A stretch of 32,000 bases of DNA. Source: Paramicrosporidium saccamoebae KSL3. Lineage: Eukaryota > Fungi > Cryptomycota. Numbering within the stretch: the first letter of the stretch is position 1; every line of letters starts with the position of its first letter. The notes below the pieces were generated by a model that was not told the DNA's origin, made no database searches, and was given only the letters and a program-made list of their open reading frames with translations. Shown one piece after another: positions 8,170-17,732 of this stretch. The DNA lies in contig MTSL01000189.1 in the NCBI GenBank assembly GCA_002794465.1, forward strand, positions 1,575 to 33,574, in the 5' to 3' direction. Made by a program: the position numbers and the translations under genes.

Positions 8170-10195
8170 ATGGACCTGATGAAAATTCAGCACTCTACCA
8201 ACGCCCTTTCCAAAGCGCGAGAGTATGAGCTTCATTGGAATTCACTCTTTGCCGAGTCCAAGAAGACGACCGACGCCAGCCCCCCACCTTATCCTTTCCA
8301 TGAAGTCGCCCTAAAGTCTAGCACAAGAAAGAGACGACGGTTTGGACGCATTCTTGGGTCCTTGCTAGTATTGGGAATGTTTACGGCATGGGGAGCATAC
8401 GTACTTTCAGGGAAAAGAGTGGCGGAGGAGCAACTTGTGCCAGGTGCACAAGAGATCACAGTGCCCGCCACCCAGCCACTAGAAAATCCAAGCTCCGATC
8501 CAACAGCCTCTAACAAACCGTTCCAATCCCCCGGAAGTGGTGGAAGTGGAGGCGATAGAGGTGGTGGAGGTGATGGAAGTGGTGGAAGTAGGGGGAGTGG
8601 GGGGTGGAGGTGGAGGTGGAGGTGGAGGTGGAGGTGGAGGTGGAGGTGGGAATAGAATTTGTAAAGGTAGCAACAGTGGTGGTAAAGATAGGAACAACAC
8701 GGTCAGTGAGAGACACAATAGCAATGACAGTGATGACGATAAGCCCACAAGATTACCTGATCCAGTCCGGCCTATGAAAGCCAGGCCTACGCCACAAAAG
8801 CCACCAAGATCCTGGCCTAAATACGGCTCAAAACCAGAACCGAAGAAGCGCACCATTCAGATTAATGTAAACTTGACGAACAAGCCAAAGAATATCCAAA
8901 AGAGGCCACAGCCAAGAACCTGTGCATCACAGATTCCCGGCTGGAACCGGCTTAAATTGCTCCCGGGGCTTGAAGGAGTTGAGAACTTGTCCTTTTCACA
9001 GTGCCAAGTGTTTGAATCATTTCGAGTCCCTGATTCAGTGTCTCTCGCGAGTATTGAGAGGTGCGCTGGATGCAAACCAGACATTATGATTGAATTGAAA
9101 CGGTCATTTTCAGAGCTGAACAATGTCCCAAAGGTCGTTCCACAGTCAGTCGATGGCACTCCAGTGGTGCTGGTAAAGATTACTCTACAGACTCTGCAGT
9201 ATCAGTGGAGCGGCACGCAGATTCAACTAGGGGACGAGCTGGAGTATTTGTGGCAACTGGACAATTCTTATGATCTTACTATCGAGCAGGTCAGTGTTTT
9301 GAAGGCATGCTCTAGACTGTATGTTGAAGCTCATCTTGGTAGCAACAATGTCAGCAAAACAAGTCTTGCTGGTTGGGACTTTGTTGGCCATGATTCTGTA
9401 AACAACAAAGGTCTTTTCGCTGAATTTGTCAACAAAAAATGTTACCTTTTTCACGACTTGCGCAAACAGACGGCCGAGTTGTTTACCAACACTTTTGCTG
9501 CTTTGATAACCAAGGGAAATGCCACAAATTTAGAGGAATGGATTATACGAACAAAAGAGAGCCCTAAACTGATTACCAAGACTGTCTTTGGGAGTAGATC
9601 ACAATTGTGCAATGGTGAGAGAATTGGTGATTGTTGCTTTTGTGCTTTCGGATACTCTGGAGAAGGCTGCGCCACTCCCATGAAGATAGTACAGTTGCCG
9701 AGTACCATATCCAGAACTGCAGTGTTGCCATTCAAGGCCAAGTCATTGGGATTTGACCCTCCTTGGGAGTACCTGCCTCTGGGGTCCACACTAGAGGGCG
9801 GACTACAAAGGCTGATATTCAGCATGTCGCATGGCGTGCTGCATTCAATCGTCCCCCTCTACATCCCAACACTTTTTTTCATGGGCAACGAGGTAAAGAT
9901 GCAGACCCATCAAGTAGATTGTCAATCAACCGAATATCTCTGCTACACAACCAAAGCTCATCGTATTAGCAAGCTCCACCTCTTGGGGTCCGCAGTTACC
10001 AGTGTGACCTTGGGAAACAATCAGAAATATCCAATTGTCAATTCGCAACAGTTTCAAGACAAATATGTACATCTGTCGGCAGGTCAGCAATTGGCATCCT
10101 TGAAATTTGGCGAGCAAGACACTTTATACACGGTGCCTGAGCATGTGGACTGCGCTCTTTGCCCTGGCACAAATAGATTTCAGTTTTTGCAATAA
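8170..10195 (+). CDS. Type II membrane protein with Gly/Pro stalk and an EGF-like motif, interrupted by a +1 frame break near 8591-8604
   Basis: ORF 8170-8655 (ATG, TM, Gly-rich) overlaps ORF 8537-10195 (Gly-rich, then a Cys-containing domain with CFCAFGYSGEGC). Removing one G from the G6 at 8599-8604 gives a single 674-aa frame. Confidence 0.65.
8605..8646 (+). repeat. (TGGAGG)7 microsatellite in a G-rich low-complexity tract
   Basis: Seven perfect units read directly. The G-rich tract extends from ~8533 to 8650. Confidence 0.95.
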
Positions 10196-10204
10196 AAACA
10201 TTCA

Positions 10205-10401
10205 ATGAGCGTGGAGGAGCCCATATTCCTCACTTTTGTCTTTACCACTACTCTCGTCGCTCTCCTGGCCGTCATTGTTGTCTGTACCCATACCAAAGTA
10301 TTAATACGCTTCTAGCCTGGGCGTTATTATGGAAATTCTATCTAAAAGACTTGCCGGTAGTGCATGAAATGCTCTACGACCACCACGCCAAACAGCAATA
10401 G
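10205..10401 (+). CDS. SMIM13-like small single-pass membrane protein (54 aa), two exons
   Basis: Exon 10205-10283, intron 10284-10315 (GTACCC..TATTAAT..TTCTAG, 32 nt), exon 10316-10401. Product MSVEEPIFLTFVFTTTLVALLAVIVVSWALLWKFYLKDLPVVHEMLYDHHAKQQ has the WxxxWxxF/YLxxxxxxxEL/M spacing of SMIM13 as I recall it. Confidence 0.6.
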
Positions 10402-10436
10402 AGTGTACATTAAATTGTAACATATACCATCACCCC

Positions 10437-10520
10437 CATACTCTCACATTATTACGCCCTCCCCCGCATACTTTCACATTATCACACCCTCTCCTCCTCC
10501 TCCTCCTCCTCCTCCTCCTC
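10437..10520. repeat. 24-bp direct repeat (period 30) followed by (CTC)10
   Basis: 10437-10460 vs 10467-10490 match at 21/24. (CTC)10 lies at 10491-10520. Confidence 0.9.
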
Positions 10521-10566
10521 ACCCACATCACCCACCTCACCCAACACACACTACATTACAATGGGT

Positions 10567-10940
10567 TTATAGGTTATTTTGTGCACGCAAAGTCTCTAGT
10601 TCGGCCCGCTGGCGTTCCGTGTTCCTCTTGGTAATCTTGTTGGGCTGCCAGTAGAGCACAATTAGGTAGCGTCCCAGCAGATTGAACCCGCTCAGGTGCT
10701 CACAGGCATTCTTGGCATCGTAAATATCGTCGTACACCACGTAGGCCGTGCCCCGAGTCTCCTTGTTGGTGCCCCTATAGATAAGAGTCATCCTGTCGGG
10801 TGGTACATGCGTATTTGCCGGATGGTGCCGTACTTTCCAAAGAGGTCATACATGTCTTCAGAGGATATTTTGTAGGGTAGATTTCGCACAAACAATATCC
10901 TATTTACCTCGGGAGGAAGACGAGAGCGAGAAGCAGACAT
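10567..10940 (-). CDS. SF3B6: Splicing factor 3B subunit 6 (p14), two exons
   Basis: Exon 10940-10807 [38 protein letters not shown], intron 10806-10775 (32 nt, GTACCA..CTATAG), exon 10774-10567 [31 protein letters not shown]. Confidence 0.95.
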
Positions 10941-10979
10941 AATCCTTCTGACCAATCAGCCACCAGCAGAACGAATACG
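10941..10979. promoter_or_regulatory. 39-bp divergent spacer between SF3B6 and RPT6 containing a CCAAT box
   Basis: The two ATGs face away from each other at 10940 and 10980. GACCAATCAGC at 10950-10960 fits the NF-Y/HAP consensus. Function is inferred. Confidence 0.5.
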
Positions 10980-11651
10980 ATGGCAGCGACGGTAGAACCA
11001 GCGTCTCTGGTGGCACCCAGCAATGGCCTGGCGTCATACTACCGCACAAAGATAGCCGACTTACAGGTGTTAATTGGAGACAAGACGAACAACCTGCGCC
11101 GACTGGAGGCACAGCGAAACATGCTCAACGGCCAGGTGCGCAGTCTGAAGGAAGAGCTGCAACGCCTGCAGGAGCCGCCGGCCAATGTGGGAGAGGTAGT
11201 CAAAGTGATGGGCAAGCATAAGGCGCTGGTGAAGCTGCAGCCAGACGGGAAATTCTCAGTGGACATTGACAAGAGCATTGACCCAGCCAATCTAAAGGCG
11301 GGCACTCGAGTAGCCCTGAAGAGTGACTCTTATAAGCTCTTCAAAGTGCTTCCCAGCAAGGTCGATCCGCTGGTCAGTCTGATGATGGTGGAAAAGGTAC
11401 CCGACGCCACCTACGACATGGTGGGTGGACTGGAGAACCAAATCAAGGAAATCAAAGAAGTCATTGAATTGCCTATCCGTCATCCAGAACTATTTGAGAG
11501 TTTGGGTATTGCACAGCCCAAAGGAGTGCTCCTCTACGGTCCACCCGGTACAGGAAAGACGCTGCTCGCCCGTGCTGTTGCCCATCACACTGACTGTCGC
11601 TTCATTCGCGTGTCAGGCTCAGAATTGGTGCAAAAGTACATTGGTGAGGGC

Positions 11652-11683
<32 letters not shown>

Positions 11684-12194
11684 TCGTGAACATGCACCGT
11701 CCATAATCTTTATGGACGAAATTGACTCGATTGGTTCGTCGCGCATTGATTCGGGCAGTGGAAATAATGACAGTGAGGTACAGCGCACTATGCTTGAACT
11801 GCTGAACCAACTGGACGGCTTTGAGGCCACACAAAACATCAAAGTCATTATGGCAACCAATCGCATTGATATCCTCGATTCCGCCCTCCTTCGTCCCGGT
11901 CGCATTGACCGCAAAATCGAATTCCCCGCCCCCAACACTGATGCCCGCGTTGAAATCCTCAAGATTCATTCTCGTCGCATGAACCTTGCCCGCGGCATTG
12001 ATTTGCGTTCCGTGGCAGAAAAACTGCTAAACGCCAGCGGTGCCGAGGTCAAGGGTGTCTGTACCGAGGCCGGAATGTTTGCCCTGAGGGAGCGTCGGGT
12101 GCATGTGACACAAGAAGACTTTGAAATGGCCGTTGCCAAGGTCATGAAGAAGGATTCCGATGCCAACATGTCCATCAAAAAATTGTTCAAGTAG
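10980..12194 (+). CDS. RPT6: 26S proteasome regulatory AAA-ATPase subunit Rpt6 (PSMC5)
   Basis: N-terminal coiled coil, OB fold, [45 protein letters not shown] and a KKLFK terminus. Confidence 0.97.
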
Positions 12195-12317
12195 TGTCTA
12201 ATAAACCCGATCTGATTGGTGCGCGTATGCAACAATTGAGGATTCCATTGGTGCCTGTATATTGGTTTGGTGCTTATACGAGACCACGAACACGATCACA
12301 ATCATTACTTTTCTGGA

Positions 12318-13499
12318 ATGAAGAGCGCTTTGTGGATTGCAATGCTTGGAGGCCTATGTATGGCCAGCGATACTGAAGATGACACCATGGTACGATTCGG
12401 TATATACTAACTTGCATAGTCCTTTGATATGTTTCTTGACAAATGGAGTTACACCGCCGTGAGAACGTCGCAGCATCAAGAGCTTGCACAGGACTACGAA
12501 AAGGTCAGGAATTATGTAAATATGCATCTCCACATGGCCGATCCTGTGAGTCTCATGCAGGCAGTCGTTAAAGAGTCTATTGAATACGAGACGCCCATTG
12601 ACGCCTACACTCTGGGCTGGACCTGGCATCCGAACTATTCAATGTGCGAGGATGAGTCCCGAGCCGCTGCGCAGCTCGTGTCACACATGCTGCAAAAATC
12701 GAAATTTAATGTCAACAAGCTCCTAGAAATTGCCAGCACCCTGCGATGCACCCTCCTTCCCGAGCACGATGTGACTGCCAGTCTTCTCTACCAGGCAATG
12801 GATGTCCCTCTAAAGGATAAAAAACTATTGGGAATCATGGCGCCGGATAGTTCAAGGATGGCAAAACGGGCTCTCGAGGTCCTGCAGAAGCTCTACCCCC
12901 ATAAACAAACCAGATCACTACAGGCAAGTCTTTACTCTGTATTAATCTCGTAGTATTACCTGGCTGCCATTCGAGCCCATATGCTAGCTGGAATGCGTGA
13001 AAGTGCCGTCCACACCTTAGTGGAGGGCTATCCACGCTTTCAGGGCGACCCTCGATATCAGGAAGAGTTGCTCCATTTATGCAAGTCGGATCTGTCGCTC
13101 AGTGCAGACACTATGACATTTCAAATTATCAACAGAGTGGGGTATAAGCGGGTTAACCAAGTGCCAGCAGACATACAAGGTGCCATCCACAATATTCTAT
13201 CGTTGGCAGTCGCCAAGCGTATGAGGGATGTCCATGAGCTTATGCCCAAAGAGACTCGTCGACTTGTATCTCAGGGCGCCTCTGGCAGAGATTCCAAACG
13301 AAACGAAAATATTGACACGCTACTGGATGTCTTTGAAATGGTCGCCTGCACCCTGGAGAACATCATAGATGACATTTATGCGGCACTGTCCAGTGCCCAG
13401 AAGCAAAAACGAAAGCTCGATATATGTGCAGTGATGGCCGTCGATCAGTCCGAAATAGTCTGTTCCCTCTGTGAGGCCACGGGGGAGTGTCAGCAATAA
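12318..13499 (+). CDS. Secreted hypothetical protein (373 aa), three exons, second intron GC-AG
   Basis: Exons 12318-12389 (signal MKSALWIAMLGGLCMA), 12420-12923 and 12954-13499. Intron 12390-12419 contains TACTAAC; intron 12924-12953 reads GCAAGT..TATTAAT..CGTAG. Both junctions are in frame and join track ORFs 12429 and 12981. Confidence 0.7.
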
Positions 13500-13847
13500 A
13501 AGATCATTGATATGCTAAAGTCGTTTATTGTCGCGTAGTGGGGATAATACCACAGACCGAGTAATGTGGGAACCCGTTCATTGTTAATCCAAGGGCCCTT
13601 TTACAGTCTCGAAAATAACGAAATAATCCCAAAATGGTAAAAATATGAACCCCATCATCTTTCATCGATTGTTCCAAATATGTCTTTTCCAAACTAGGCA
13701 ATTATCTTCAAACACCCAACTAATTAACCCTCTATATCACACTGGTGGTTGATAAAGGCGCCTTTAATAGAGATTTACTTTTGCTTGCTAGCATTGGCTT
13801 CACTTACAAAGCCTTATTTTTCAGCTGGATAGGGTCGCATTTACTAT

Positions 13848-14347
13848 TCAAGGAAACGGTCCTCCCCTTCCACCGCCAGGTGGTAATCTCGATTGAGCCG
13901 GGTTCCAGCCGGGATTGAGTGAATTCGATCCACCCGGCAGAGCTAACTCGTCGGGATCAGGTTCACCCCTATATAAAATGAGCTGAGATGGCCATGTGTA
14001 CGATGGATGCTTGGGGGACATGGGAGTGATAGGATCGAACCGAGCCTGCGGCGGCACGGCACCTCTACAGCTGCATAAAATACAAAGTTTCATGCGTACG
14101 GTGGGAGAAATTCAGGCCCTGCTGGTCGGGTGGGATGCGACTGTGGATCGAACATGGGATGTTCTGGTCCGATTATCATTCCCCCGGAGGATTCCGGTTG
14201 TCCCAAGGCAGGCCCCTTGTCGTCTTGTCCGATAGATACTGGGAACTTTGGTGTGCTATGTTTCTTGTCGGCGCTTCCGCCCTTGCCAAATGGTGGGGGA
14301 AGCTCTCCTTCCCCATCGTCACGTCCGAAAGGATTCTGTTTCTCCAT
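13848..14347 (-). CDS. PSMF1: Proteasome inhibitor PI31-like protein (Pro-rich C-terminal region), spliced
   Basis: GGMIIGPEHPMF, PPGAVPPQARFDPI and GEPDPDEL match PI31 motifs. Intron 14099-14065 (35 nt) is required; intron 14001-13969 (33 nt) is likely. The 5' end is uncertain. Confidence 0.8.
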
Positions 14348-14550
14348 AATGTCGTAGCTGGACCAATCACAAAAGCCCCTTGACTAAATACCATTTCCCT
14401 CTTAAACTGTACTACAAATTCCCAAACCTGGGATAAGAAATTGGTATATTAACTTTAAGAGAGTACATCATGGTCCAGGAATATGGATAATGTGATAATT
14501 TTAACCTCTCAATACCGACTTATATTTATCAACTCGTATAGACCCTTGTA

Positions 14551-15426
14551 ATGATCCGAAATGTCTCGGCACATCTTTATATCCTCACCCACACTCGCTC
14601 ATACTCCAACTCGCCGCCGGTTATGCAACGGATGCAACGCGGCTTGCCAACAAAAAAACCCATCCAAGGTGTAGCAAATATCTTGCTGGTTGCTAGTGGA
14701 AAGGGCGGGGTCGGAAAATCCACCGTTGCCGTCAATTTGGCCACTGCATTCTCCAGGCTGGGTCGACGTGCCGGGTTGCTGGATGCAGACCTCTTTGGAC
14801 CATCGGTTCCACGGATGATGAACCTCCATGCACAAGTGGAGACTCGCAATGGCCTTTTAGTGCCATTGACAAATTATGGGGTCAAATGCATGTCAATGGG
14901 ATTTCTCATTGGCGACACAGCGCCGGTGGTTTGGAGAGGTCTGATGGTAATGAAGGCCCTTGAACAGCTCATTCGGCAGGTGCATTGGGCACCATTGGAT
15001 ATTTTAGTAGTGGACATGCCGCCCGGCACTGGTGATACGCAGCTCAGCCTTTCCCAACTGTTACCTGTCGCAGGTGCAATCATTGTGTCCACTCCCCAAG
15101 ATGTCGCCGTAGCAGATGCCCGCAAAGGAGTGGAAATGTTTCGCAAGGTTGGCATTCCCATCATAGGAATTATTAAGAACAAGAGCCGCTTTGAATGTCC
15201 CAAATGTCGGGAATGTACCACAATATACAGCACTGGTCCGGCGCGCAGTTTCGAGCAGCTCCTGACCGAACAGCAAATCAGTCTTTTAGCTGACATTCCC
15301 ATTGATCCGGCTATTTCTACTGACGGAGACACGGGGACACCCGTTGTAGTGCGGGATCCCACCTCAGTGGCGGCTCAAGAATATCTTTGCACTGCCCAAA
15401 CGATCATAGAGAGATTAAATGTATGA
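14551..15426 (+). CDS. IND1: Mitochondrial Mrp/NBP35-family Fe-S P-loop NTPase Ind1 (NUBPL)
   Basis: Presequence-like N-terminus, MQRGLPTKKPIQGV, SGKGGVGKST, WRGLMVMKA, DMPPGTGD and CPKC. It lacks the N-terminal Cys cluster of Nbp35. Confidence 0.88.
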   Translation: MIRNVSAHLYILTHTRSYSNSPPVMQRMQRGLPTKKPIQGVANILLVASGKGGVGKSTVAVNLATAFSRLGRRAGLLDADLFGPSVPRMMNLHAQVETRNGLLVPLTNYGVKCMSMGFLIGDTAPVVWRGLMVMKALEQLIRQVHWAPLDILVVDMPPGTGDTQLSLSQLLPVAGAIIVSTPQDVAVADARKGVEMFRKVGIPIIGIIKNKSRFECPKCRECTTIYSTGPARSFEQLLTEQQISLLADIPIDPAISTDGDTGTPVVVRDPTSVAAQEYLCTAQTIIERLNV

Positions 15427-15470
15427 AATAGTTGTGTTAGACAGTATCCTCTAATGATTATTTGTGTCAT

Positions 15471-15670
15471 ATAGTCATCTCTGCCAAACAGTCAACCCTT
15501 ATAGTCATCTCTGTTAAACAGTTAACCCTTATAGTCATCTCTGTTAAACAGTTAACCCTTATAGTCATCTCTATTAAACAGTTAATCCTTATAGTCATCT
15601 CCGTCAAACAGTCAACCCCTATAGTCATCTCTGTTAAATAGTTAACCCTTATTTATAGTCATCCCTGTTA
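15471..15670. repeat. 30-bp minisatellite, 6 full copies plus a partial (ATAGTCATCTCTGTTAAACAGTTAACCCTT)
   Basis: Units at 15471, 15501, 15531, 15561, 15591 and 15621, with a partial from ~15655. Confidence 0.95.
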
Positions 15671-15773
15671 GATATCTATCTCACTATCACCCCCCTATCC
15701 GTACTACCCCACTGACCCGATTATCCCACAATCCAATTCCGTCATATAGAGAAAAGTGTCACGCACTTAAACC

Positions 15774-17279
15774 TCATCTCTCAGTTTCAATATGGTCCGA
15801 GTCAACCAGCTGTCGCAGATCTTGAATGCTAAATAGACGCATAATTTGCAAGTTCATGATTATCATCTTAATCGCCTCTGGGTAGTCTGGAAACTTGGTA
15901 GCAAAAAAGTTTGTCCATGTTTCGTCTGCCGAGATACGATGAAACAGCTTGCCAAAAGGCCTTTTTTCGCTTCGCGAAATGAGATATGCCCATGAGACGA
16001 ATATGGTCGTCAGTTTCGATCCATCAATCGATCCATTTGACACAATGGTTGCAGTCTCTTTGAGGATTATCTCGTCAAGGTCAACTCCTTTGATCGACAT
16101 ATTAAGAGGGATGACAGCATTTAATGCGAGACTCAAAACTAGACTGGTAAGACCCACTCTCCCGTAAGTAGTGTTTAGAGTTTGAATCGTTCTGGCGTCA
16201 ACGCAGCTCACAGGACCCTTTCGCAACCAGAAGAGACGTCGAAAGGAGAGATCCCGACACCGGTCTGGCAAATATGTCTCGGGTAACGAGAACCTTGAAT
16301 CGAACGAGTCCATTTTTGATTTAAAGTAGACTGGCGCAATATACCTGGGGATGGCGTTTTGCAAGACGGAAAACACGGCTTCTTGAGTGCTTTCAGCTGC
16401 ATCCTCCCAATAAACAAGCCTGCTAAGGTATAAAAGCGCACCGTAGAGGGATCTATGCGCATGTTCCGGTTCAAGTTCCATCAGCCTTTTCAGTAGTACG
16501 AACTGGACATTATTTTTGGGATCGTCGCCAGTGACTTTCGACAAAGCATCCTGAAATGATTGCTTTATCAACTCATCCACATTCTCCGTCGACTCAAGCA
16601 AGGCACTCGCAGAGACACAACGCAAAACAATCTCCAAATTGCTTTTAGAATCAATGTTAAGCAGTCTCTTGATAAATTCTAGCCCGACTTTGCTTGGTAA
16701 AGTGCTATACAAGTACGTTATGAAAACAGGATTCAGGTCGCACTCAAATATGAGATCAAAAAGATGCCAGAGCTCCTCATCAGTCGAGGCGTCGCCAATG
16801 GCAATCTCCCAGAATGAAAAACGCGACATGCTACCCAGTCTATTGCTCGCCATCTTCCACAACTGCATCTTTTGTTGAGAGTCTAGCTGACAGGGTACGG
16901 AATCTTCATACTTCAACCCTTCCCAAAAGTCCCCGGCATACTCAATGCCGGACACGGCCTCCAAGAGCTGCGGATACATCCGGAGCACTTTTACACCAAA
17001 CAAAGTGTTGTGGAGGGACGAATCCTCCACTAGAAGGAGTAGCTGATCTGCTTGGTCACGAGTTGGCCGGTAGGCAGTGAGCATGTTGCGTTCAGGATAT
17101 GCGAGGATCGAAGCAACTATCAACGCGCTTTCAGTCGTGAATCTGACCGCCTTTAACATTACCATTAGTGCCGGGTTTTCAATAGTACGACTCAGCTGGC
17201 GGATTGAAAACTCTACGTTAAGTGCCAGTCCAAAAATGAGAAGGGATAATACCCAGAACCATATTTGTGGGCATGACAT
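15774..17279 (-). CDS. Secreted orphan protein, family A (SWAYL), divergent member
   Basis: Intronless ORF; likely ATG at 17279 (MSCPQIWFWVLSLLIFGLALNVEFSI), though the track starts at 17336. Shares YLP..R.L..RR.W and TT..VSWAYL....FG.LF with the 21233 and 23633 genes. Confidence 0.8.
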   Translation of the reverse strand: MSCPQIWFWVLSLLIFGLALNVEFSIRQLSRTIENPALMVMLKAVRFTTESALIVASILAYPERNMLTAYRPTRDQADQLLLLVEDSSLHNTLFGVKVLRMYPQLLEAVSGIEYAGDFWEGLKYEDSVPCQLDSQQKMQLWKMASNRLGSMSRFSFWEIAIGDASTDEELWHLFDLIFECDLNPVFITYLYSTLPSKVGLEFIKRLLNIDSKSNLEIVLRCVSASALLESTENVDELIKQSFQDALSKVTGDDPKNNVQFVLLKRLMELEPEHAHRSLYGALLYLSRLVYWEDAAESTQEAVFSVLQNAIPRYIAPVYFKSKMDSFDSRFSLPETYLPDRCRDLSFRRLFWLRKGPVSCVDARTIQTLNTTYGRVGLTSLVLSLALNAVIPLNMSIKGVDLDEIILKETATIVSNGSIDGSKLTTIFVSWAYLISRSEKRPFGKLFHRISADETWTNFFATKFPDYPEAIKMIIMNLQIMRLFSIQDLRQLVDSDHIETER

Positions 17280-17732
17280 GTTCTGGTGTGCCCCGGCCAT
17301 TAATTGATTAAAATCATCCATTGTGATGTGTCCCAAGTTGCAAAACAGAAATGAAGGATTAAGTCTTGTAGCCCCGGCACTTGGCTAACCTAGCTAGAGA
17401 AGTGCCACGCACCCTATCAATGCTATCTAAAATGGACAGGGATGGAGCTTTTATTGGTGAATTGCAGGCCATTTGATACTCCTCTCAGTACCATGCCAAT
17501 ACATGTGCGCGGCATTATCACCCCCTCCCTCAATAATTGGCTCGTTCTCGGCAATATAAATAGCGATCAATTTGTAATGTGGAGGATTGATTATCTTATC
17601 TGGGTATTTAAGGACGGCGAGATGTGTATCTATACTATTATAGGATTAGCAGTAAATAATCCCCCCCTTTCCCGTTTCTTCCCGCCTGACAAAGCCCGTG
17701 GCATTACCCCCACTACGTGACAATTCATTACA

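Noticed and set aside
8588-8615. A 28-nt intron explaining the frame break
   Set aside because: The GTAGG donor and the length fit, but the acceptor would be GAG with no branch site or pyrimidines, unlike all 12 other introns. It is not excluded without cDNA.
10958-10966. PACE/Rpn4-like GGTGGC upstream of RPT6
   Set aside because: Only the 6-bp core matches GGTGGCAAA, and the Rpn4 system is ascomycete-specific.
13590-13780. U5 snRNA-like words (CCCTTTTACAG, CGCCTTTAATAGAG)
   Set aside because: No flanking stem or Sm site could be built by eye. An Infernal/Rfam scan would settle it.
10980-14347. Functional clustering of RPT6 with PI31 (and SF3B6 with TFIP11)
   Set aside because: They are separated by unrelated genes, and chance proximity is plausible in a gene-dense genome without synteny evidence.
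15471-15670. CRISPR array or repeat-encoded peptide
   Set aside because: The repeats are contiguous with no spacers, there are no cas genes, and the context is eukaryotic. The open frames (IVISVKQLTL / RVNCLTEMTI) are short and lack a convincing gene structure.
17442-17720. 92-aa plus-strand ORF
   Set aside because: No motif or signal. It lies in the upstream region of the family A gene at 17279 and is most likely a chance ORF.
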